From positions 68,374,440-68,438,439 of the forward strand of contig NC_068983.1 in the NCBI RefSeq assembly GCF_001194135.2: a DNA stretch of 64,000 nucleotides, read 5' to 3'. Position numbers and translations under genes: made by a program. The notes below the pieces were generated by a model that worked only from the letters and a program-made list of their open reading frames with translations, searched no databases and was not told the origin of the DNA. This document shows positions 11,497-21,550 of the stretch, in pieces; within the stretch, counting starts at the first letter, position 1; each line of letters begins with the position of its first letter. Origin of the DNA: Octopus bimaculoides (lineage: Eukaryota).

Positions 11497-12687
11497 AAAG
11501 TCAAAAATGAAAAAGTTACTGCTGGTTGTGTACTCCAAAAATAGATTTTAAGAGATAGCAAAAAATTTGTAAAAAAATGGAATTTTAAAATTTATATATT
11601 TTTTTCAGAATTATGAAGAAATATTCTCTAAAGAATAGAAAAAATAGAAGATAGAAATGTCAGATAGTTGGGATTCATACTGCACAACTCAGTAAACATA
11701 TGTTGTTTAAATTATATATATACATATAGGTGCTGAGTGATTAAGAATGCTACTTCATAACCACATGTTTTCAGGTTTGTTCTATAACACCATTATTAGC
11801 AATATTTAGTTAACACAATAAACTAGAATTTCTTTGTATCTAAGACCATTCACTTCATCAAATAAAGATAATTTCCAGGTTAAAAAGTGATTTCTTACAA
11901 AATGAAACTATCAATGAACAAAAGTAAAATAGTTGACAGTAAAGTACCAGCTAGATTATATAAGCATCCAGTTTGATGCTATAAGTGTTGAAGTTGGATC
12001 CATATTATTATTTTTTTTAAAAATTCCTTATTAATGGAACTAAAGCATTTTAAAAATTAGATTTTTTGACCCAGAAAACACCTATGTTTGACAAGGTAAA
12101 TATTTTCACTGTGACAGATATGAAGAAGTATCAACACATACACAAACATTCATATAACAGGTATCTTCAGTTTTGGTGCATTCACACACTTATGCCCGCG
12201 TGCACGCTCACAAACACAGACAAGCATGTGACATACTAAAAAAAAAATGATGATGCACATTAAGTAGCAACTTTGTGTGATTATATCAATCAGTCCATGA
12301 TACTTTTTACTATTAAATAATTAGTTAACCTCCCACCTTTTCTCACTCTAAACACACACAGTTACACACAGACAGGTATAGACACATATGCTAACATACA
12401 AAAAAACAGTCACAGAAAGTGAGGCTTAGCAATCTGGCAAATGCACATTAATAAAATAAAGACTGAGGCTGATACAATCAACTAAACCTTTCAAGATAAT
12501 ATTCCAGTATGGCTGCAATCCCAGTCACTGGAACCAGAAACCCTTGTGAGTGTACTTGCTACATTTTATCTTTAGTGCCTGAAGTTGGATGACAAATCTA
12601 TCACAGTTCATTAAGCAAAATTAGTGGTATTCAAATCCTGTGTACAAACACAGGAATATATGTATAGAAAATCATTTTATGTTTGTT

Positions 12688-12730
12688 TATATTATTATTA
12701 TTATTATTATCATCATCATCATCATTATTA

Positions 12731-12771
<41 letters not shown>
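12688..12771. repeat. (TAT)n/(CAT)n compound microsatellite
   Basis: Direct read. Confidence 0.95.
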
Positions 12772-13386
12772 TATACACGAAACTACTGATATTAGTTTTT
12801 AAGCCTTTACAACTATTGACTACAATGATATTCTACATTTGCTAATCATGATTAAAGTTACTAACTTTAGTCTGATGAACAGCTTATCTCCATCGTTTAA
12901 CAAAACCAACATTTTTATTATTTTTGTTTACTTACCTGTCTGTTACCTTAGCAAGTGAAAAAAAACCAATTGGCCACCATAAACTGACCCTAATCTGACT
13001 AATCTTATGTTTAGCATACATGAAATACATTAGAAGACTGCTAACTTCTATGCAGAGAATTATGAAGGAAGAAGCATTAGATATTACCATTTAATGAAAT
13101 GATACGGGTGAAGTAAGGGGAAAAGGAAGATGAAACTTAATGAGAAAATTGTAATTAATTTAAATGATGAATAATAGTAGTAATAAAAAGGAGGGAGGCA
13201 CTTTCAATAAAAATGAAATGGTGATAGTGATGAAGGAAGAAACAGAAGGAGTATTATTTATGGCAGCATACACCAACTAAATCTAAAGATGCAGTTATTT
13301 TAGTAGCAGCAAAAGATTGAAGCAGAGCAACACCCAAGCCAGACAAAAGGGGACAGATGATGGACGCATGGTCAGAGTAAATCTAC

Positions 13387-13479
13387 CTGATTGTTTAGCT
13401 CCTTTTCGCGCACATGTCTTTGTAACTTTTCAATAAGCTCATCTTTTGAAAACATGGTACTGTGTTGTTTTTCAATGTC
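13387..13479 (-). CDS. CDK5RAP2: Exon: DIEKQHSTMFSKDELIEKLQRHVREKELNNQ
   Basis: cacttaccag| ... |gtagat, 93 nt. Confidence 0.9.
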
Positions 13480-13551
13480 CTGGTAAGTGGTGATCAGTAA
13501 AGCCACATCAGCACAGCAACATCAAAAAACAAAAAAATAACAACAGGGATA

Positions 13552-13592
<41 letters not shown>

Positions 13593-13598
13593 TACACA
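13552..13598. repeat. (TC)n(AC)n compound microsatellite
   Basis: Direct read. Confidence 0.9.
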
Positions 13599-14425
13599 CA
13601 ATAAACAGGAGTGTTGAGTTGGGCAAGTTAAAGTTAATGAAACAATTCAGCAACAATTATAAATACAACCATGCAAATGTAACTGAATGTACAGCAACTG
13701 AATGAATTAAAAAAAAACCAAAACAGCTTCAGCTATATCCAAAAGTCTGAAATAAATGGAGTTTTACTCAGTAATTCAATAAATGCTTTAAACTTATTCC
13801 TACCATTATTTCAAAAGCTATTGTTAATTCATGAAAATTACTTCAACAAATGCCAGTATTGTCTCCAGTCACATGCTCACAGATAAAGCAGTGAGGAGAG
13901 GGACAGCTCTAATGTTTGTGAATAGTTTAAATCCGACACATATTATACAAACTCTAGTTGCTGCTCTATGAATAGAATGATGCTAAATTCATAGGTTTGT
14001 TACAAAAACCTATCAAACCAATGAAATAATCCCTCTTACTACTTTAACTCTTCAGTAGTTTAAAAATAAAAATTCAAATATTAATTATTGCTCCAACACA
14101 GTTATTCTAATTGTTATTCACTGTAAATGAAGTTTGATGTTATCAGGATAACTTTGATATGGCTGAATCTTACTTTGTCTTTCTGTCTTCAGCCAGACAG
14201 AAGCAACGTGGTGTTGTTGGCTGAGTAGTGAACTGAATGTCTGAATACTGCATTCTACCCACTGTATGTGAGGTAAATATCAATGTTAAGATGCCTCAGA
14301 ACACAGTTGGTGTCAATTTAGCAATGTTTTTGGCTGTCCTTAAAGAGTAGGTGCTGTCCTATTTGAAAATGGCACCTTGTGTGACCACCTGTCCTTACAT
14401 ATGCTTTGTAGGTAAACCAATATAC

Positions 14426-14503
14426 CTTCTCTCTGATAGTATCTTCAATATTAGACAGAAATGGCTCTTCAGTCCGGAAAAGGCTTTCTGAAGGAAGACA
14501 TAC
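14426..14503 (-). CDS. Candidate 78-nt cassette exon: VCLPSESLFRTEEPFLSNIEDTIREK
   Basis: tattaccatcag| ... AAG|gtatat; frame-preserving; not coiled-coil-like. Confidence 0.4.
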
Positions 14504-15524
14504 CTGATGGTAATAGTGTCACTAGCATTTGCAAATGAGGTAGTTTAATTTACAAATGTTCACACTATAGGTTTCACTACTACAGAGCTGTACACTACAA
14601 TACAAACATTGTGAACATGTTCTTCAACATGTAAAGATAAACACCAGTTACTAGAATAGGAAACATTTAATAGAATTTCTTCCAAATAGAACAAAATCAA
14701 TCTGTGACAGTACCAGATCAATCATCAGAACACTAACTGGGGTACACCAGAACACTAATTGGGGTACCTAATGTTCACCAAATCAAACCATATTTTCCAA
14801 AATATTTAAATTTACTTTACTAGATTTAAACTAGTAATGATTTTCTAAAAGCACATAAAATAATCAGATCAACTATGAAATTCAAAAAACGAAAATATAT
14901 GTACTTAATTTAGTTTTTATTCTATGTAATTTTAGATACAGCAAAAATGTTTTGGCATCGGTTAATAGTTTCAAAATCAAAAATAAATAAAAATTAAAAA
15001 CACTACATAAAAATCTAACAATAAGAGAATAATGGAATTGATGAAAAATGAATATAATATGTGCATTCATAGCTTTAGCCTAAGAAGGAGTGAACACTTG
15101 GTATTTCATTATAAATGAAATGTAAATATTTCCAAAGACTCTTTTACTATTCTCTATAGAAATTATATAAACTTTCATAATTAATATCACTGACAACTAA
15201 ATAATATTTATCATTATCAGTATAATATTTATATTTTGGTTTGCATGAAAAATTATGTAAATATTAAATTGGATGATCAACTTCTTAAGTATTCTTCAAA
15301 TATACTTAATGCAATTTTGATAGTTGCAGTTACAAAGTACTTTTTTTATAATCTAAAATTAAATTTTGGATTTTTTGAATCATTTTAAAGAAAATTTTTG
15401 TAAAAATTATAAAAGTATAAATAGAAATAATGGTGCTGGTACTGAAAATGATCAAAGACTTCTAAGATGTCAGCCAGATAGAATGAATGCACATACAGAT
15501 GAACACATGAAGCACACATCTCAC

Positions 15525-15551
15525 CTTGAAAGATGACAAGATTGTAATCAA
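15525..15551 (-). CDS. Candidate 27-nt micro-exon: LITILSSFK
   Basis: ttcctttatctaattcattag| ... AAG|gtgaga; frame-preserving, stop-free; no homology support. Confidence 0.45.
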
Positions 15552-16029
15552 CTAATGAATTAGATAAAGGAAACAAAAAAAATCAAAATTATAACAAAAA
15601 AACAAAACAAAAAAGAGGTTCTACCTAATTGCTGTGAAAAAATATTTAAGCAATAACAACAAACAAAATGAAAAGACAATTAATTCAAACTCAATGAAAT
15701 AAATAACATCAACAAGAACACCAACAATCCAGGTTTTGATAGCTTTTGATTTTAATAGATTAGGAAAAGTTTTTAAGATGTTTGCAATAAAATGTTTCAT
15801 TGTGAAAACCAAACTATGATATTTAATTTAAAACAAATATATAAATTTATTTCTAATGTTTACTGTAGTACAATATCAATTAGATTAATAAGTTAAATAA
15901 TAACAAGCTTTTTAATGTAAAAATAAAAAATGTTAATTAATAAGAAAGTCTCTAAATTCTTAGACCACAGATGGCCAAACCATTAATATACAAAGCTACT
16001 GGTAAGATGATCAACAGTTCATAACTTAC

Positions 16030-16050
16030 AATTGACACTGCACCGTGTTT
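16030..16050 (-). CDS. Candidate 21-nt micro-exon: KHGAVSI
   Basis: tatgtatctttgccag| ... |gtaagt; frame-preserving, stop-free; no homology support. Confidence 0.5.
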
Positions 16051-16688
16051 CTGGCAAAGATACATAAACAGAATTCTTACTAGCTCAATCTAGTAGCTGT
16101 TTTATAGTATCTACTACTTAGTAGATCTTATAGAACATTAATGAGCATTGGAAACTAGTGAATATTTATTAGATTCTATTGTTTCAACCAATATTATTAT
16201 CTAAGACACTAAAATTTAGAAAGAGAAAAATTATGTTGCATACTGCTGAGTAAGTGAATTAATTCTATATGAGAATAGAATAATTTAGCTATGGTCTAAA
16301 ACATTTGGAGTTAAAACTTGTGAGAATACATGAATCTGATTCAAAGGACCCCAATTTCAAATGAGTTTGGTTTCTGCAGCACAGATGACATCAGAACCAA
16401 ACATATTATCTGTTTGTATAGTACCTGATATCTGTAGTTTTCTTTGTGAATACACACCACTGGTTGAGTTATTCCAGTTATTGACAAATATACAAACAGT
16501 TTGATTGAGAGAATGACGAGTGCTTCTGACTGTACTAAAGCCAGATGAGCTCCAATAGGAGTCATATATCATGGAAGTCATAAATTTCATCACTTTGATA
16601 ATTAATAATTTAATTTGATTTACATTAATTTGTTTTGTTTCTCTGCTTTTGACCACTTTAACCCTACCATTACTCTTTTTTTTCTTTC

Positions 16689-16876
16689 TGCCGGTGGCAC
16701 GTAAAAGCACCCACTACACTCTCGGAGTGTTTGGCATTAGAAAGGGCATCCAGCTGTAGAAACTCTGCCAAATCAGATTGGAGCCTGGTGTAGCCATCTG
16801 GATCACCAGTCCTCAGTCAAATCGTCCAACCCATGCTAGCATGGAAAGCGGACATTAAACGATGATGACGATGATA
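16689..16876 (+). mobile_element. Young RTE-tail repeat (5'-truncated)
   Basis: Roughly 90-95% identical by eye to the copies at 20486, 25890 and 39139; CpGs largely intact. Confidence 0.85.
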
Positions 16877-17993
16877 GACAGGATTTTTGTAGCAAGTTTG
16901 AATATTTGCATATATTTTTATAGCTGGATATGCTTCCAACTGTTAATAAAGGCTAAGTATGATTTCCCCTTTTATTAAAACAGAATTTGTACTTGATTAA
17001 ACATTGTTAGGAAATACAAGACTAGAAATGCTTATTAGTTTGCCAGTACAGCTGTCTTTATCTTGTATCATCTCCCCAGTGAAGCTTAACTTTTTTTTGT
17101 GGCCTAATCATGCCTGGATTGCAGGTGTCTGAACATGCAATAATAAAATTGATTACAATAACAATGTTTATAGCAACAATACAACAATAATTTGGAGTAA
17201 GAGGGTAACAACAAATACAAAATGAACTGAAGATTTAAAAGTAGTCATGAGGGGGAATGAGGGAATGATTATGAGGATGAATTTAACTGATGACTTAGAA
17301 CTTGCTTGAAGATAGTCAACTAATTGGACCAGTTCTACATCTTTAAAGCTATAGCCAACAAAGATCTCTTTAATTAACAGTTCTGTATCATTGAATGTGA
17401 AAGATGGTTTGCATAAGGTAATATGTAAACATAAAAACTAGACCTGTCCCTTGATAATATTAGTAATTTTTAAAAGAGTTCATTAAAAGCATATTACAAG
17501 CTTTCCTTTTCCCAAGAAAGCAATATAAAAAGCATAAATAATGTAGAGTTTTGTTTTTCTAAAAATAGAGAAATAATATTGTCATTTGTAAACATCATTG
17601 CAAAACTATTCTTTATATATAACAAACAGTATACACTTCAATATTGTGAAATTTATGTATGCTGAAAATTTAAAACCATTACAGCTAATTTAAAGCACTG
17701 CCATAGAACTAGCAACTTTTATTGCTGCCATTATCTTTAAATGGATCATTTATAACTAGTTTTTTTTTTAAAAAAAGATAAAGAATAATTCAAGTCCATT
17801 TATGATAAATGTCCTTATCAGACTCCATAGCATAATACTGAATATTTTACATCAAACATTGAGAAAAACTGACACAAGCTGGAACATCTGAAACATTATA
17901 AAAACAATTTAATACAGTTCTATATTTAAGAGATGAGGAATTATGTACATTATTTACATTTGACGGATATCTGTCCTCATCTTGTTTGTTGTT

Positions 17994-18036
17994 AACACAT
18001 TTCGGCTGATATACCCTCCAGCCTTCATCAGGTGTC
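17994..18036 (-). ncRNA. Type I hammerhead ribozyme core, probably inactivated (stem III / cleavage triplet missing)
   Basis: GACAC CTGATGA A GGCTG gagggtatat CAGCC GAAA T GTGTT: stems I and II pair, and the conserved CUGANGA and GAAA boxes are present. Confidence 0.65.
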
Positions 18037-18180
18037 TTGGAGAAATTTTGAACCTGGGTTCTCATTCCTGAGATATTTTTCGATGTTGTTATTATTATTC
18101 AGGTCACTGCCTGGTATCGAACTCAGAATCTTGGGGCTACTAACCCCAAGATTCCGAGTTCGATTCATGGCAGTGACCTG

Positions 18181-18207
18181 AACAACAACAGCAGCAGCAG
18201 CAGCAGC

Positions 18208-18289
<82 letters not shown>

Positions 18290-18324
18290 GCAACAGCAGC
18301 AGCGACGACGACGACGACGACGAC
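18181..18324. repeat. (AAC)n/(AGC)n/(GAC)n microsatellite inside the element
   Basis: Direct read; source of the poly-Leu/poly-Cys ORFs in the track. Confidence 0.95.
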
Positions 18325-18570
18325 AAAAATACCCGAAATGTGTTAACAACAAACAAGATGAGGACAAACATCCGTCAAATGTAAATAATGTAAATAAAAA
18401 CAATTTAATTCTTCAGTGAAATCTTCTACTATAAAGCATAGCTAAAAAGAACATGGTTAAATTGTTTATAGCTGTATTAACAAAATCAAAATATTTCCTT
18501 CTAAAATGATACAGTTTGTATAACAAACACATGGATCATAAATCTAAACAGGAAGGACAAAGTATCTTAC

Positions 18571-18663
18571 TTTGTGTTTCTGCAGACTAACTTCATATAA
18601 TTCCTGTCGAGTTTTGTTCAGATCTTCTTTGTCTTTGAGAATATGTTTCTGCAGTTCTTGTAT
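18571..18663 (-). CDS. CDK5RAP2: Exon: IQELQKHILKDKEDLNKTRQELYEVSLQKHK
   Basis: cttttaccag| ... |gtaaga, 93 nt. Confidence 0.9.
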
Positions 18664-19491
18664 CTGGTAAAAGTGAGTCAATTGAACAATGCTAACTAAT
18701 ATGTCAACATATAACTTGTGTTATATGCAACATATAACACATTATACATACATTGAATATAATCTGCTATTTATGCAATGTAAACAAACGTATTGGTAAT
18801 ATCAAAAATAATAAGCATGAAAGACATTTTTAAAAATAATTTATATCAAAGTTAATAAAAATTCTCTCTACTCTATCATTTTTATACACATACCACATAT
18901 GATATGTGTGTTACAGGTTACAATAGAGCAATCATGTACGCTTATGGTGAAGTGTGTAGAGTCCATATGCAAGTAGGTAATGATATAATCAGATTCTTGA
19001 AACTTCACTACTACTGAAATACATGGACATGCTTACATACGTTGCCCTGAGGCAAAACTCATTGTCTGTAATAAGGAATGAAATTATGACTGTGTGGTCA
19101 GTGACCCAGTACACTTAAATCTCACGACCACTTAAACTTCATGTAGATTTGATGAAGCAATTAATTTATGAAACAAAGAATATTACTATTTCAATGCTTA
19201 ACCACAATTGATAATGTAGGTGTGTAAAATAAAATCAAGTTCTAAGATGCTACTACAGACCATAAGTTCAGATCTAGTAACTGTCATTGTAGTGTATTGC
19301 TAAACAAAGGACTTAACATTGCCAGTTTCATTTACTTATCAGGAAACGGATGAGTGGTTTATTAGAAAAACAGCCTCTCCTAAAGTAAACCATCTTGCTC
19401 ATAGAAAAATGAAAGTAAAACAGTAGGTGTATGGACATAATTATACACTGATTAGATTAGTAAGGTAGAAGTATTATACACAAACATGTAC

Positions 19492-19611
19492 CTCATTTCG
19501 TTTTTCTTGCAGATTCTGGGTAAGGCCTTTAATTAACTTGTTCTTTTTGAGGCCATTAGTTTTTTCAGTCTCTAATTCACTTTCTACTTTCTTCAATTGT
19601 TGTTCTAGGAG
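19492..19611 (-). CDS. CDK5RAP2: Exon: LLEQQLKKVESELETEKTNGLKKNKLIKGLTQNLQEKRNE
   Basis: ctttctgtgttag| ... |gtacat, 120 nt; resembles the family segment EKxNxLKRDKxIQGL. Confidence 0.9.
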
Positions 19612-20034
19612 CTAACACAGAAAGAGAAAAGATATTTAGAATATAATACTACACCCAAAAAATATCAATAATTCAAAAAGATTAATTTAAATGTACTTAT
19701 ATCACAATAATTGCAAAATATATGAATTTGTTTGTGGCATTGATGGATAAATGCAAGAAGTGTATTGCAAGACAAAATAATGTTGACAGAAAAAAAATCA
19801 GTTTGTATTCCAACTTCAAAAAGCCTTATCTTGAATGCAATATGAGAAGGAATGGCAATAATCAGAGCTTAATAACTGTTCTTGCTTTGAACTTAGTGAG
19901 TGTTTACAACTCAAAGTATAAGTGTCATAAAGACAATTAATCATACGAGTCACATTTTTATGTACCTCCTAATAAACATAACAGAAATAAAGATATAATT
20001 AAAAAAATGAAAATAAAAAAAAACAATGACTTAC

Positions 20035-20130
20035 AGCTACAGAGTCTCCTTTTTCATTCACAGATGTATTTAGCTGCTCAATCTCTGACTCCATCTTCTT
20101 GATGTTTTCTTGTTTGTCATCTATCAGATC
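20035..20130 (-). CDS. CDK5RAP2: Exon: DLIDDKQENIKKMESEIEQLNTSVNEKGDSVA
   Basis: ctattcag| ... |gtaagt, 96 nt. Confidence 0.9.
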
Positions 20131-20231
20131 CTGAATAGATAACATGTATTATATTTACAGCGTTGTTTCTTCAAATAGTACACAAATGTAAATGCATGTG
20201 CTTATAATGGTCTTACTAGCAGAAATATATA

Positions 20232-20464
20232 TAGTCATGGTCAAAAGTTGGGAACATAGGTCTGAAAATTAGAATTTTTATTTTAAATGCCCAAAGTTAT
20301 GTTTAATTTGCAATATATTATTACTTGGCCAAAAGTTTGGAACATAGGTCTGAAAAATGGAATTTTTATATTAAATGCCCACCAAAGTCATATTTGAATC
20401 AAATTGTACTTGGGCATAACAATTTTAATTTAAAAAAAATTTTCCAAACATTTGGCTACGACTG
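20232..20464. mobile_element. Tc1-like MITE with internal repeat of the TIR sequence
   Basis: Left TA|TAGTCATGGTCAAAAGTTGGG, right CCAAACATTTGGCTACGACTG; left motif repeated at ~20326 (period ~89 bp). Confidence 0.6.
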
Positions 20465-20485
20465 TGTGTGTGTGTATATATGTGT

Positions 20486-20720
20486 ATCATCATCATCATC
20501 ATCATCATCGTTTAACGTCCGCTTTCCATGCTAGCATGGGTTGGACGATTTGACTGAGGACTGGTGAAACCGGATGGCAACACCAGGCTCCAGTCTGATT
20601 TGGCAGAGTTTCTACAGCTGGATGCCCTTCCTAACGCCAACCACTCAGAGAGTGTAGTGGGTGCTTTTACGTGTCACCCGCACGAAAACGGCCACGCTCG
20701 AAATGGTGTCTTTTATGTGC
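20486..20720 (-). mobile_element. Young RTE-tail repeat running into an assembly gap
   Basis: (CAT)n CGTTTAACGTCCGCTTTCCATGCTAGCATGGG...; near-identical to 39139-39413. Confidence 0.85.
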
Positions 20721-20982
20721 NNNNNNNNNNNNNNNNNNNNNNNNNNNNNNNNNNNNNNNNNNNNNNNNNNNNNNNNNNNNNNNNNNNNNNNNNNNNNNNN
20801 NNNNNNNNNNNNNNNNNNNNNNNNNNNNNNNNNNNNNNNNNNNNNNNNNNNNNNNNNNNNNNNNNNNNNNNNNNNNNNNNNNNNNNNNNNNNNNNNNNNN
20901 NNNNNNNNNNNNNNNNNNNNNNNNNNNNNNNNNNNNNNNNNNNNNNNNNNNNNNNNNNNNNNNNNNNNNNNNNNNNNNNNNN
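20721..20982. other. Assembly gap (N run)
   Basis: 262 N. Confidence 1.
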
Positions 20983-21550
20983 GAGATCTTGTGCAACTGA
21001 AACCCGAGTGTCTTTTTGGTCAGCTAAAAGCAGTTTTGGCACAAACTTGGCAGAAACGCATCTCATAACCAAGTTTTCAGTGATAATGGACTGAACTGAA
21101 CCACAACTAATCTGTACATCTGCTAACTCATGGATGGTGATTCGACAATTTTCCCTCACAGCTCCATACACATCTGCAATGCTTTTCTCAGTTCTGCTGG
21201 TTGCGGGTCTCCCAAAACAGTCGTCAATATTGACATTTTTCAAGCCATCTTGGAAACGTCTGAACCATTTGTACACTTTTGTGTGGCTCATACACTCCTC
21301 TCCATACACTTTCTGCAACTTTGCATAGGCCTCTGAGCAGGTATCGCCATGACAACTTTCTTTGTCATGGTCAATGTGATGATCACATGCTACATACCTT
21401 CCTTGCAAGCAGTGGACGTGAGCTACAATGTTAAAACTTAGTGTGCATGCACAACAGAGTTCAAGATCAATCTGTGCCAAGCAGCTTCACTCTGCATGCT
21501 TTACTTTTGTTACTATGGCAACAGTCCAGATACTTATTGATCAGACCTTG
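20983..21550 (-). mobile_element. Mariner transposon 5' half (transposase HTH region, pseudogene)
   Basis: TA|CAAGGTCTGATCAATAAGTATCTGGAC terminus; EAYAKLQKVYGEECMS..VYKWFRRFQDG..DDCFGRPATS...ITIHELAD..VSAKFVPKLL (WVPHEL-like). Confidence 0.9.

Larger units (their letters stand above)
17915..18393. mobile_element. Head-to-head pair of a tRNA-headed, hammerhead-bearing (Penelope-like) non-autonomous element
   Basis: Outer inverted arms 17944-18004 / 18333-18393 and inner palindrome 18098-18182; B-box-like GAGTTCGATTC; hammerhead core on minus at 17994-18036. Confidence 0.7.

Noticed and set aside
16350-16600. Minus ORF with SDVICAAETKL, faintly like an AP-endonuclease DVIC.xET motif
   Set aside because: Single short motif; ORF start lies inside a repeat; not enough support without a profile search.
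18140-18403. Poly-Cys / poly-Leu ORFs
   Set aside because: Translation of the (AAC)n microsatellite.
20564-21094. ORFs containing long X runs
   Set aside because: Artefacts of the N gap.
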